The notes under the pieces were generated by a model. The model was not told the origin of the DNA. It saw only the letters and a list, made by a program, of their open reading frames with translations, and searched no databases. This document shows positions 46,751 through 60,736 of a DNA stretch of 64,000 bases, in pieces (within the stretch, counting starts at the first letter, position 1; each line of letters opens with the position of its first letter). The translations under genes and the position numbers were made by a program. This stretch comes from Psilocybe cubensis. Its lineage: Eukaryota. The DNA lies in contig CM039006.1 in assembly GCA_017499595.2 (NCBI GenBank), positions 1,426,001-1,490,000 of the forward strand. Direction: 5' to 3'.

Positions 46751-48840
46751 CTAAAGCATGTTTCCTTTCCCGATTCTTCTTGCTGAAAATTCGATCTCTT
46801 CAGGACTCATAACCGTCACTGTCCCATCCTCCATCATGCGCGTGAGCGGTAGGGTCTTATCAGCCATGGGTAAAGTAAGCAAAAATTCGTTCAGCCCAGA
46901 CGACTCTTTCTCGTTCTCGCGACCTCGATACAACCTCCTTCGTCCGTCTGCAAGCGCCATGTATTCTTCCACCGCTGAAATCTTGATGGCCACTTCACTG
47001 TTCATTCGCTCCTCAACTTTTTTGAGGTACGTGTTAACTCGAGCGGTAAATTCTTTAGCATAGGATGCGTCAGGAGTGGCGAGGAGCTCGAGGAGCTCAA
47101 ACTCGGCTGATTCCGGTTCTTTCGATGCAGGCGATGCATGTAGGTTGGTGAGAAATTGGTCAAGGACATCGTAGATTTTCCCGTCGGCCTTGAGGGTCGC
47201 GTCATGGGGCACATACTGCATCAAGCCTTCGCGGCGAGCAGAGTAAATGGGATTACTGTTCACATGTCAGTATGGGTTCGTAGTGGACGAAAGTCAATGG
47301 ACAGTCCGACGCACTAAAAATCAACCATTAGCATGGCTGTAATGGCCTTTTGTGGGAGTAGAGTACGAGGCTCGATTTGTTGACCAGGGTTTTAATACCT
47401 TGATAATCTTCCACGCCGGACTCGATAATAGGAAAAGCGAAGGGTCCCTCTGATCCTTGAACTGTTATTCTCTGTGTCGGAGGCTTAGTAGAGTAATCAG
47501 CATAATACAGGCTTAGCCCCAGCGAATTAACAGCTTGAACATAAACCTCGTTAACGATGGTATACGCCTGTGACAACTCCAGTAAGTTTGATGACCTTCG
47601 AGTTATACCGCATTTATCCTACCTGTGAGGGACCCGCATCAGGCAGCAGACGCTGCATAGCGTTTGAATTAAAGAAAAGCGTCGCGGGTACACCATTGAT
47701 ATTGGCCTGTTGCTTGACTTCTGGAGTGGATGTAGCACTAGCCGCAATATTCATACTGCGGCTGAGCAAAATGTGGCCAACCCAGTCTCTGACAGCGGTG
47801 GTCTTTGAAAGAGGTTTCAGATTTGCATCTAAAAAGTCGTGCGCTGGTTTGACGAAATAATTAAAAGCATCATAATGAATGGTGAACCATGCGCACCGAA
47901 TCTAGCATCGTACCACTTTGACACTGAGAGCTCGACAATAGGTTCTAGGTCTTCTGCCCGTCGCTTGAGAAATAGGATTAGACAAAGACACACAGGAGAC
48001 ACTATCGAATAAACATACAACGAGAGAAAGAGGTGGACCATTTGGTCCACTAAATAAAACATCGTTAAGAGCATCATTTGGGTCACATTTCGATGGTTGA
48101 TCTTTGGTAGAGCCCAAGGAGTTTACAAAATCGTCGCGATTGGTGTCAAACCAATGAGTCCATGGACTCGTGAGTTCCTGAATTGAAAGGGAATGAGTTT
48201 ATACATCTGTTGTTCAGGAAAAGGATCAACCGACCTTCATAATCATCCCACCCCCAACATGCCTATGATGTTGCGTAAGCTACATGCCTAGTGAGCCAGA
48301 GAATTCTAGATCACTCACCCATCGAATGGACCTCGGTCGATTGAAAGGGGATTGAACTTAGCGTAAAGCAGCAACATTAAAGGCTGATCAAATGAAGTGA
48401 AATTTGAGTTTGGTTCTTACCGCGTTCAGACTATTGCCAACATAAATCCAATTTGGCCCCGAGCGTTCGTAAAATCGCATGATTCCGAATTTGTGTGGCT
48501 TGTCCAATCCTGTCGGGTCCCAACTTGCACACTGAAGAAATTCTGATTCAGAATCTGGACTGGAACTCCCAACAATGCACAGAGTTCGATCCAAAATAGC
48601 TTGCTTAAGATCAAAGGTTGCTCGGAGGGCCTTGTCGGGAAGGGCAATAATGATAAAACGCAGATGACGAGAAACGGAATTTAGAGGGTTGTCAGGATGC
48701 GGCGGCCACAAGAAACATCATCATAGTAGGCACTATTGACAAATGAAGACGATTTCTCTCGCGTTGTCGCTTTGGAAGGGTATTCTTCGTCTGCAACCCT
48801 TTCTGTGATATGTAGTTCTATTCCAATTGGATATTGTGTG
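46751..48840 (-). CDS. Multi-exon hypothetical protein; 5' end unresolved
   Basis: Consecutive GT-AG-bounded exons including FLQCASWD, RFYER, GPFDG|HVGGGMIMK|ELTSPWTHW, EGPFAFPII and NPIYSARREGLMQYVP. Confidence 0.65.
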
Positions 48841-49726
48841 CATCTTTGAAATCAAAGATAGATGAGTTTTCCTGCCGCTTACAAGTTACCAGGCTGCTTG
48901 TCGTTCGGGATGCCACCGAGTCGTCCAACAATTTGATGACAGTATTGTGTGACAAGGGTAGTGAAAATCCGATTCTAAAGAGCGCGAAAGATTGTTAGCC
49001 TCGCTGAACGTCGAATGATGCTCCTCGTTGTTGATAATAGCTTCATGGCGGCGTCAAACGGAAACCTTCAAACATATAGATGAATCTTTAGGACAAGTTA
49101 CACACTTTGAGCCTTTACAATGCACTTTAAAACCTTCGGCATCCCGACTCGACATCAAGATCCATACCCAGAAATAATAACCGTTTCCATCTCGTTCGCT
49201 TCAACATATCGAACCTTAAACGAAGTAAGATGCCCAAAGAAAATCCTCAGAGGGATAGAAGCGTGTTTGAATGCAAAGAAAGAGCTACGTGGATTTAAAG
49301 ACAAAGATGTATGGCCTCTGGTAAGGAACACTACCCCAAGTCAACATCCGTTAACTGCCAACGAAGGCTAGAGTGCGCTCCAGCTGAGACCGAGAATCCT
49401 TCTAGAAGACGCCGTAGGCTCCTGCATGCCGATAGATGAATATGCAGGGGGACAATAATGCGACTCCAGGAAATGAGTGAGGAACAAGAAGAAAAAAAAA
49501 TCGCTTATATACAAGACTTGACACGTGATATTTTCACACACATTTTCAACCTCAGATTGAACTTCCGAACCGGAATGGCCGAGTTATCGGATTGTGTTTC
49601 CCGACTGCCACGAGTAGTACTAATAAAATTCAAAAGAAAGATAGAACCAGCAAAGAAAGACAAGGAGTACATTGGTTATTGTTCAGCACCACTGACACAA
49701 ACTACATGCATTGCAGTACTATACAT

Positions 49727-50726
49727 CTACTCGTCGAATGCATGTTGCATGAAAATTCTCTTGTGCAACTTTTCTCCAGCTTCTTCAATTGCATGTATCT
49801 CTTCCGATGTCAAGTCTGGTACATTCTCAGTATCTAAGTATTCTTGAAGGCGGGACACCTTTGAAGTAGTCCTGTAATTGCACAGCGGTCAACGAAAGTA
49901 AATGTGGGAGAACATAAATGAAACACCCACGTAATCACAATGACGTCTTTCTGAAGCAGCCATTTACTCAATACCTGTCCAGGTGTGACTGATTTTCCAC
50001 GCGTTTGTGTTAATCGCTCGCTGATTTGCTTTAGTACGGGACTCAGTGGACCGTCTGGGACACGAGCTACGGGAGTCTGGCCACCATACGATTGGATCGC
50101 TATGCCCTTTACTTGGGAAAACTCGACAATTGGTTTGGCCGCTTTCCACACATAGGGGTGAAGTTCAATCTAGACGACACAACGTTAGTATTCTTTCTGT
50201 CTTTTGGTTGAACTTGAATATCAGGAGAGCAGACCTGGTTTACAGCTGGTACAATCTTTGCGTTTTCCAGAACCGTGTTGAGATCTTTGACCTGGAAGTT
50301 GGATACTCCAATCGCTTTGGACAAGCCCAGGCGGTATGTCTCCTCCATTCCTTCCCATACCTCAGCAAGGTTACCCTTTTTTCTTGCAGGCGTTGGATCG
50401 TGAACGAGGAAGAGATCGACATAGTCCAACTTAAGCTTTGAGAGCGATTTTTTTAGCGATTCGACGATAGTTTCTCCAGGTTCAAGTGCTGGCAAGTAGA
50501 GTTTTGTTGTTACAAATAACTCTGAGCGTGGTTTTCCAGAGTTTGCGATGCCTCGACCAAGACTCTCCTCGTTGTCGTATATCTGGGCACCATCAAGGTG
50601 TGTTACTCCATTGTCAATAGCGAGTTTGACGAAATCAGCAGCATCCTTCTTGTAAAGAGCAGTGCCCGTTCCAAAACCTAACCAAGGGATAGTTGCAGCG
50701 GTATTGAGCTTGAAGAACTTGGGCAT
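49727..50726 (-). CDS. Aldo-keto reductase
   Basis: LGFGTGT, HLDGAQIYDNE, ELFVTTK, DYVDLFLVH, AIGVSNF and PAVNQ; two introns. Confidence 0.94.
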
Positions 50727-51156
50727 AGTAGAGAAAAGGGATAGAATGGGACGCTGGGAGTCTCACCGGTGTTTCTTTTTAAATGCACACGAATGATTCA
50801 AGTATGGCGAATATATGACAAACAACCATTCATCAAAACAGAAATGTTACACATACGGCTATCGGGAGGGCCAGAAGTGCCGGATGGGACTTTGTCAAAG
50901 CAAATCGTATCAAGACGTCATCGCTAATTTAACGACTTCTCAATATAAGCAAAGTAAGTTCAATGCGAATTCCTAATGCGTTTTTATTAATGGCTTAGCA
51001 AGGATACATCTCTGCACTAAATACAAAAACGTAATGAAGGGGCCATTTTTGGCGAGTGGGATTACGACCCAAAAACCTCTGCAAAACGTGAAAAAGATTT
51101 TGAGTTCTACTTGAGGAATCTTTCAAACATGAAGTGCGTTCCATAGCCAAAAAAAT

Positions 51157-51886
51157 TCAAAGACAATACGAATATGGCTCTATGTTGACCAAGATATTTG
51201 GATTTTCTGCAGAGTGAGAGTAGCCTGTTTGAAGGAGATACTGTTAGTTACATACAATCTCCAAAGGATATGTAATGTGCAACCTTCGACCATTCCAACA
51301 GTAACACACTGATTTATGATACTCTGCGCCGTCAAAGCAATATCAGCACTAAAGGCAAAATGGTTGTTAGAAATAAAGTCCAGTCAAAATAACACAACAG
51401 TTTTTATTCTTACCACGACGCGGTTTCTGCTTGGCCCGCACCCCAGAGGTTTGTCCCCCATATGTAGGCATCTGCTGTCTCACAGAAGATAACATCCGAA
51501 CTGTCTGCTGGGACGCCGCAACTCGTTGTACCAATGCTGTTTAAGTAGTTTATACACGCCTGGGCATTGGCTGCTGATACCATAGAGCCTTCAAAGTCCT
51601 CGCATGTAATCATTTCTGCTTTCCTTGCGGTCAAATCTCCTAAATAAATGAGTAAATATGACTTTCCGAGAATATTGTTTGACACGCTAGTTGTGTACGT
51701 ACTCTTTAAATGATCGACATGAAGATCGGAGGACGTCAATCCAAGAGATTCCAGAGACGGGAGCCCTGGACCAGGAATGACTTGCGGAACCTCTGAAGTA
51801 GGAGACAATGATGCCACCATACATGCCGTGAGCAATATACAAAGAGCTCTGGAAATTTTAAAAGAAAATTCTGTAGCCAAAGCCAT
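51157..51886 (-). CDS. Small secreted cysteine-rich protein
   Basis: Hydrophobic N-terminus, VIPGPGLPSLESLGLTS propeptide and a Cys pattern (C..ACINYLNSIGTTSC..FC..QC); three introns. Confidence 0.78.
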
Positions 51887-52983
51887 ACGTTCTGAATACG
51901 AATATTACTGAGGTAAGGAGTAAGTGAACAAGCGTATTACCGACTTTCGCGTATAATTCAATGCTACTTTTATACTCGTGTAGATATATTTTGTTTCTTG
52001 GTCAGAACTATGGCACATGCTAGGCGCTTGACACATGAACCCTTGAGGCTATCAATTCTTTGTCAAAATGTATATCACTGGATGAAGGATTGAATAAAAT
52101 GGGTCAATTTATTCAGAAATTACTTGAATTTTAATGTATAAAAAAAATAAATTTTTTCTCGGCAGATTATTTAATGAATATTCAAGATTATATAACAATA
52201 ACTGGAGAAAGATTACACAAGGATAATGCAAAGATCAACCAAAGAATTTTAAGTAATAAAATATTTTTTGTTCAAAATATTCATTAAATAATACTTGAAA
52301 GATTATTTAAAGAAAAATCAATATTGAAAAGAGAATGAATAAAAAAAACAAAAATATATAGAAATTATATAGGGTTTAATGTAATATTATATATATATCA
52401 CTTAAAATAAAATGAAACAAGTAATATAAGGAATATGCAAAGAATTATAGAGAAAAAATATACAATTCTGTAAAGATTAATTTTAAAAAATTAAAAAAGT
52501 ATTCAAATTATAATAAAAAAGGAGATGTATATATTTCAAATAAATTTTGAGTATGAAAAAATTATTAAAAGATAGTAAATAGAAAGATTATTCAAATCTA
52601 TAACACATTAAACAGGTAGATTAAAGCATTTAAATATTATAAAAGTATTTTGAGAGAAATTTTATGCTTATTTTAATTAATAAAGGTTTGTCTGAAATTT
52701 TTTTAATTATATATGGCGCCGCATAAAAGGTGTTCCAATAATCATATTGTATCGATCCAGGTTTGCAATATCCACATATTCTATAAAGAAAGTAGAAATG
52801 TGCACCACTACAAATGGAGGGCTCTGTTGTGTAGACAAGATGCAATATATTTGGTGGCCGGAATGTGGCTGTATTTCTTGGCGGGATGGATTAGATTGTA
52901 CCCGCTGCAGCTATCAGGATTTACCTCACTAGAGAGAAGAAGTGCACGAGGAGGTGGTCTGCTAAAGGATCAGATCTAGCTTC

Positions 52984-53881
52984 AGATGATTACTCAGATA
53001 CCTCGCCAAGAACGCATACTCATATCGAGTCAGGCCTGGGACTTCAGGTTACATACGCGTGGACTCTTTATTCCTTTCTTTCCGCAAAGGGTTTTTGCGG
53101 CATGGTAGATCAAAACAGCCCCAGATGGAATGGGATGGGATGGGATGATCATTCCCATTGCGGTCAATAAATGACCTGAATTCTTTCTTGACAGACAGGA
53201 GATAACGGCATTAGAGTTGGCGAAGAGCGCTGCACATGCAAACACAACAGTTATGGCACGGTATGCGAGCTTGCGGAAGGCTTAATCATCTCCAGAATGT
53301 TGGGAAGGTCTGAATTGCCAGGTTGGCTTGCTAGAAATTGATTCAATCAGAAAAAAAAAAGTTAAGACAAGTTGAAGACATACTATTTCCAGGATTAGAT
53401 CTAGTACCAAATGTAGTAGGCCGTCATCCAATATCCAACCTGGTAAGTTTTTGTGCTTCTTCCAGTAAGTTGGACAAATAGCATGCTGAAATACGCCCAC
53501 CTCAGGAGTACAATGCTTTCCATGTGGAACCTTGGTTGTTGTGTTGTGCTGTCAGACAGGTCCATTTATCCATCCGCTTCTGTATTCCAATGAATATCTG
53601 CCTTGAATCATACACCGGATGACCATTAATATATGTAATAAGTAATAAGATGTATAGGCTATACTGGTAGCACATTCCTTTCCACATATCCTGATAGCAT
53701 GGATTATGCCTTTGAGCTAACCCAATCCCTCTTAAACTACATGAAGGCACAGATAGCTAGTCGTCTTTGGCATGAAGAACTGCCTAGTCAAGTCCGGGAA
53801 AACTTTAGTGCTAAGACCATGTTTGAGTGCAATCTACCTGTGGAGGTAATTTTGCAGATGTATGAAAATCAAGGTATGTAA
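52984..53881 (+). pseudogene. Decayed coding sequence carried inside the long-TIR element
   Basis: About 150 codons in one frame (QMITQIPRQERILISSQAWDFRLH...) are broken by four isolated stops. They are followed by intron-like GTAAG and GTATG sites and a further exon-like stretch. Family unknown. Confidence 0.4.
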
Positions 53882-54140
53882 TCAATAAGCTTTAAAAATT
53901 GAGATTAAATAATATGTGAATGGCAGAATATACAACGGACGTGGGATGCAGAATAGTATTTGACCTATTTCAGCACATATTGCATGGATAAAATATTTCA
54001 GGAATATCCCATATGATAACAGTCCAGAATTGGTTCCAGCTAGATGGTAATTGATTGGCAGACCAGAGCAATTCAATTTTACAACATTCTACCCAGATCT
54101 CAAAAACATTCGGGAATTGCAAAAATTTTGCAGCAAAATA

Positions 54141-57100
54141 AACATTCTAGGAATATTGCATATGATAACATTCCAGAATTTATGCATAGTGCTTGACATG
54201 CGGACTAGAGCTATGCAAATTTCCAACATTCTGAAAATGTGTGAATGTTGCTGTATAGTAAACATTGCATGTGATAACATTCCGGAATTGATGGCTAGTG
54301 CATGACGTGCAGACTAGAGCTAAGCTAATTTCCAACATTCTGGATGCATACAAATGTTGCTGCATAGTCAACATTGCATGTCATAACATTCCTGAATTGA
54401 TGGGCAGTACTTGACATGTGGACTAGAGCTGTGCTAATTTCCAACATTCTGGAAATGTGTGAATGTTGCTGCATAGTAAACATTGCATGTGATAATATTC
54501 CGGAATTGATGGCTAGTGATTGATGTGTGGACTAGAACTATGCAAATTTCCAACATTCTGGAAGCATATAAATGTTGCTGCATAGTAAACATTGCATGTC
54601 ATAACATTCCAGAATTCATGCGTAGTGCTTGACGTGCAGACCAGAGCTATGCAAATTTCCAACATTCTGGAAATATGCAAATGTTGCTGCATAGTAAACA
54701 TTTCAGGAATATTGCATATGATAACATTCTGGAATTCATGCATGGTGATTGACGTGTGGACTAGAACTATGCAAATTTCCAACATTCTGGAAGCGTATGA
54801 ATGTTGCTGCATAGTAAACATTGCATGTCATAACATTCCTGAATTGATGGGCAGTGCTTGATGTGTGGACTAGAGCTGTGCTAATTTCCAATATTCTGGA
54901 AATATGTGAATGTTGCTGTATAGTAAACATTGCATGTGATAACATTCTGGAATTGATGGCTAGTACATGACATGCGGACTAGAACTGTGCAAATTTTCAA
55001 CATTCTGGAAATGTATGAATGTTGCTACATAGTAGACATTACATGTCATAATATTCCAGAATTGATGGATAGTGCTTGACATGCGGACTAGCACTGTGCA
55101 AATTTTCAACATTCTGCAAACATACAAATGTTGCTGCATGGTAAACATTTCAGGAATATCACATATGATAATATTCCGGAATTCATGTGTAGTGATTGAC
55201 GCGTGGACTAGAGCTATGCAAATTTCCAACATTCTGGAAGCGTGCAAATGTTGCTGCATAGTAAACATTGCATGTCATAATATTCCTGAATTGATGGGCA
55301 GTGCTTGACGTGTGGACTAGAGCTGTGCTAATTTCCAACATTCTGGAAATGTGTGAATGTTGCTGCATAGTAAACATTGCATGTCATCACATTCCTGAAT
55401 TGATGGGCAGTGCTTGACGTGTGGACTAGAGCTGTGCTAATTGCCAACATTCTGGAAATGTGTGATTGTTGCTGCATAGTAAACATTGCATGTGATAACA
55501 TTCCGGAATTGATGGCTAGTGCTTGACATGCGGACTAGCACTGTGCAAATTTTCAACATTCTGCAAACGTGCAAATGTTGCTGCATAGTAAACATTTCAG
55601 GAATATTGCATATGATAACATTCTGGAATTCATGCATGGTGATTGACGTGTGGACTAGAGCTATGCAAATTTCCAACATTCTGGAAGCGTATGAATGTTG
55701 CTGCATAGTAAACATTGCATGTCATAACATTCCTGAATTGATGGGCAGTGCTTGATGTGTGGACTAGAGCTGTGCTAATTTCCAACATTCTGGAAATGTG
55801 TGATTGTTGCTGCATAGTAAACATTGCATGTGATAACATTCCGGAATTGATGGCTAGTGCTTGACATGCGGACTAAAACTGTGCAAATTTTCAACATTCT
55901 GGAAATGTATGAATGTTGCTACATAGTAGACATTACATGTCATAATATTCCAGAATTGTTGGGTAGTGCTTGACGTGCAGACCAGAGCTATGCAAATTTC
56001 CAACATTCTGGAAGCGTGCAAATGTTGCTGCATAGTAAACATTGCATGTCATAACATTCCTGAATTGATGGGCAGTACTTGACATGTGGACTAGAGCTGT
56101 GCTAATTTCCAACATTCTGGAAATGTGTGAATGTTGCTGCATAGTAAACATTGCATGTGATAATATTCCGGAATTGATGGCTAGTGATTGATGTGTGGAC
56201 TAGAACTATGCAAATTTCCAACATTCTGGAAGCATATGAATGTTGCTGCATAGTAAACATTGCATGTCATAACATTCCAGAATTCATGCGTAGTGCTTGA
56301 CGTGCAGACCAGAGCTATGCAAATTTCCAACATTCTGGAAATATGCAAATGTTGCTGCATAGTAAACATTTCAGGAATATTGCATATGATAACATTCTGG
56401 AATTCATGCATGGTGATTGACGTGTGGACTAGAACTATGCAAATTTCCAACATTCTGGAAGCGTATGAATGTTGCTGCATAGTAAACATTGCATGTCATA
56501 ACATTCCTGAATTGATGGGCAGTGCTTGATGTGTGGACTAGAGCTGTGCTAATTTCCAATATTCTGGAAATATGTGAATGTTGCTGTATAGTAAACATTG
56601 CATGTGATAACATTCTGGAATTGATGGCTAGTGCATGACATGCGGACTAGAACTGTGCAAATTTTCAACATTCTGGAAATGTATGAATGTTGCTACATAG
56701 TAGACATTACATGTCATAATATTCCAGAATTGATGGGTAGTGCTTGACGTGCAGACCAGAGCTATGCAAAGTTCCAACATTCTGGAAGCGTAGGAATGTT
56801 GCTGCATAGTAAACATTGCATGTCATAACATTCCAGAATTAATGGGTAGTGCTTGACATAACATTCCAGAATTAATGGGTAGTGCTTGACGTGCAGACCA
56901 GAGCTATGCAAATTTCCAACATTTTGGAAATGTGCAAGTGTTGCTGCATAGTAAACATTTCAGGAATATCACATATGATAAGATTCTGGAATTCATGCGT
57001 AGTGATTGACGTGTGGACTAGAGCTATGCACATTTCCAACATTCTGCAAACGTGCAAATGTTGCTGCATAGTAAACATTTCAGGAATATCACACATGATA

Positions 57101-57320
57101 ACATTCCGGAATTCATGCGTAGTGATTGACGTGTGGACTAGAGCTATGCAAATTTCCAACATTCTGGAAGCGTATAAATGTTGCTGCATAGTAAACATTG
57201 CATGTCATAACATTCCAGAATTAATGGGTAGTGACTGACATGTGGACTAGAGCTATGCAAATTTCCAACATTCTGGAAACGTGCAAATGTTACTGCATAG
57301 TAAAAATTTTAGGAATATTG
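54141..57320 (+). repeat. Tandem satellite of about 29 units of 109 or 120 bp with higher-order structure
   Basis: The GACTAGAGC landmark recurs every 109 bp, or every 120 bp when an 11-bp insert (TCAGGAATATT-like) is present. Confidence 0.97.
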
Positions 57321-60300
57321 CTAGCTAGCAGAAATGAGCAACTGTACTTACTGGCAGTGCCCACATGCTATTCAAGAGATACAAAGAATCATTTTTGGGC
57401 CAGAAATTCCTCATATGGCCTGTGGACAGTGTGATAGAAATACTCTAATACCAATGCCTATACACATCTACGCCAATATAAAGCATTTATCTATATAATT
57501 GCTTCATCTCACCTAGCTGTTCTGTAGATTCTAGTGTTTCTTTTAGACAACTGTGTCTATTCATCCATATCTGATAAGCAATGCACTTTGCAAATCTAGT
57601 TTTGCAACTGTCAGCCACAATTACCATTTGTTTTTTTTGTCATTGGATGGCAACTATCTATCATATGCCGTACTCTCTTGACTCTGTCATATAATATTGT
57701 TAGTCAAATTCCACATCCGACTTCCGTCTCCAACTTTACTTCTGACTTCGGTCCTTAACTTTGTTTCCGACTTCAGTCCGACTTTGTATGTAGACTACCT
57801 TTCTCCTAAACCTTACTCCTTCTATTCATTATCCTTATTCGTATTTATTATTCCTTATGGATTTGCTTTTTGGGCTAGTTTAATAATGCCATAAACACAA
57901 TTAGCTATATACATATTATAAATTACAAATAGAATGGAAAAATATAGTTTTAAAAAAATCTTGTCTCTTATTCTTTTTAGATGAGTATCCTAATTGGAAA
58001 TCACACTTGGTTATTCATACGATTATATTATATATAATACCATTAAAATACTACCAAAACTATGAGTTTAGGCGCGGTGGCTCAGGAGGCACCATCGCGT
58101 ACTTAACCCTAGGCTGATGGTTAGGACGCAAGTTTGAACCTTTCCGGTTGCATAGATAAAACAATTTAGACACCATGTGACTTTTCAACGCCACTCTTGT
58201 GACACCGGAAACTGATTTGGGGATCCGCTAGGAAGGCTTTAAAAATGCTTTTGTGGCAAAGCGGCCAAATAGAACGTACCTAGGCATCCCAGTACAATGA
58301 CGACATGGTAGCTCTATTTTCCTTTGTTTCTAAAAAGGGAGCAATACCAAAGAGGGAGGACTGGGAGGTTTGGGACAAGCACAAATGTGATGGCCTGATG
58401 GCCAAGATAGCTAAAGCCGGCCCCCGACTGCAAGACCATTCAGTACCAAAGGGTAGGATGGAACCCACGGGTGGAGACGGCTAAAGCCAACCCAAAGGAG
58501 ATTTGAACAAGTCAGTCAGGTTGCTATGGGCCCTCTTTGGTCAACTGCCAAATAAAGGGAATGCATACTGATCACTGCCGCCGGCGACAGCTCCACGAGG
58601 ATGTGCCGGACTGACTGCACGTGTGGGAAAGGACTGGGAGTAGAGGGAGTACGGAAATCATTAGAACTCTGCCTGTGACAACGCTGCACTATGTCTAGTA
58701 AAAAGATGCATAGGATGTAATATTAAAAGAGGATGGAGTCTGGGACACTTAATATAGTACTTAGGTCACGCCCACTTGTACCGATAGGAGGTAATACTAG
58801 TGTCATGTAAGAACCACTATTGATTAATACCAACTCATTCAACAACAACAACTATGAGTCTAAATGCAGCCTTATATTTGAAATTCACCCAATGTGTAAA
58901 AAACAGTTCATTAGAAAGTTATGAGTCCTCCATTAGAGGGCTCGTCTCTTATAAGGCAACGGTCCTGCAAGGTCACGTTGCGCTTTTTTAGCCGGCACCA
59001 ATCGGCTGCGTTCTGATTGAGGTATTTTTGCTGGTGATGCCATGTGTCCGGCACCATATACTTGAACTCTGAACGATTGCTAACTTTCAAATCTATAGAA
59101 CATTTCTGATAGCTGCGTCACATTTCATCTAGATGACCTGATTATCCATTGAGTACATATATAATAAATTATATACAAGTAATAAACTGAGAGGTATGAA
59201 GGGACTGAGGTGCATACTGCAAGATGCATAGATATCAGCCAGATACTGATAGGCATGCCGAGTGATTGCCGGGACCGAGCACCAACTGCAACTAACAAAA
59301 TGGGAGGTTTGGACTTGTACATGCCATACGCAAGTTGTGGCCCACCTACAAGTCTATATAATTAAAAAAATTTCAGACAAACCTTTGTTAATTAAAGTAA
59401 GCATAAAATCTCTCTCAACATATTTTATAACATTTAAATGCTTTAATCCACCTATTTATTGTGTTATAGCTTTGAATAATCTTTCTATCCACTATTTGTT
59501 AATAATCTTTTCATACTCAAAATTTATTTGAAATATATATATTTCTTTTTTTATTATAATTTGAATAATTTTTTAATTTTTTTAAATTAATCTTTACAGA
59601 ATTGTATATTTTTTCTTTATAATTCTTTGCATATTCCTTGTATTACTTATTTCTTTTTATTTAAAGTGATATATATATAATATCACATTAAATCCTATAT
59701 AACTTCTATATATTTTTGTTTTTTTTATTCATTCTCTTTTCAATATTGATTTTTCTTTAAATAATCTTTCGAGTATTATTTAATGAATATTTTGGACAAA
59801 AGATATTTTATTATTTAAAATTCTTTGGTTGATCTTTGCATTATCTTTGCATAATCTTTCTCCAGTTATTGTTATATAATCTTAAATATCCATTAAATAA
59901 TCTGCCGAGAAAAATTTTATTTTTTTTATACATTAAAATTCAAGTAATTCCTGAATAAATTGACCCATTTTATTCAATCCTTCATCCAGTGTATATTATG
60001 TTTTTTCTATCAGCTTGAGAATCATGCACGGAGTAATTGGAAGACCTCACATCAGATGCTCTGGTATAGTATCACTTCCATTTCCTGCTTGTGGCCAACA
60101 CAAGGAAGGGCACAATATATGAGAAGGCATCACACTCTGAATTAGATGGCGCTTCTTTTAAACGCTTCTTTGCGACCTTTTCCCGCACGACGTAGGAAAG
60201 CGCCCTGGCTACAAACCAAGGCACATGGAACTTGAAGTCGGCGAAGGAAGATACCAATTTTAAAACTGGGGAAGAAGTTGACTCCCGTGAAGGCCGCATA

Positions 60301-60736
60301 GCAAGACTAAATTAATCTTGTGCAGACCTCCCTTCCGTTGCAGGCTTGCAGCCATATCCTTTGCTTAAACTCCTGCTATAATAACTTTATCAAGCCAAAA
60401 TATTAAATATATATGACTCAGACTCATCTGAAAAAAAATTCAGAGTTTTGATGTGCATTATTCAAATTAGGAAACCCTTCTGCGTCCAAACAAAGGCACC
60501 ATGCGACTGATAGTATCAGGGTGCAATTGTTCCCTTTAATATTTATGCGATCTCAGTGGAGTCTTCTTGGGGGACCTCATGACGTAGTTCCTCATTTGTG
60601 AACTCGCTGTTTACTGCTGGTAGATAAAGATATGACACCCGAAGAAGCATTCTACATTCTCAGGCGTGCTAAAGATTCTATAAAGGTTGCAGACCCTGTT
60701 AACCAGATATTTGATTGAGCAAGTATTGTGGTAAAT

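Larger units (their letters stand above)
52076..59991. mobile_element. 7.9-kb non-autonomous CACTG...CAGTG element with ~638-bp AT-rich terminal inverted repeats
   Basis: 52076-52713 is the reverse complement of 59355-59991, with mostly transition differences. Flanked by TAT (extendable to TATAT) on both sides. No transposase ORF seen inside. Confidence 0.93.

Noticed and set aside
54051-57434. Many Cys-rich or Gln/His-rich ORFs in the satellite
   Set aside because: The 109-bp unit breaks the frame in most copies; the ORFs are by-products of the repeat.
58283-58660. Coding-like stretch inside the long-TIR element
   Set aside because: Only ~65 open codons with no motif; may be cargo, but unsupported.
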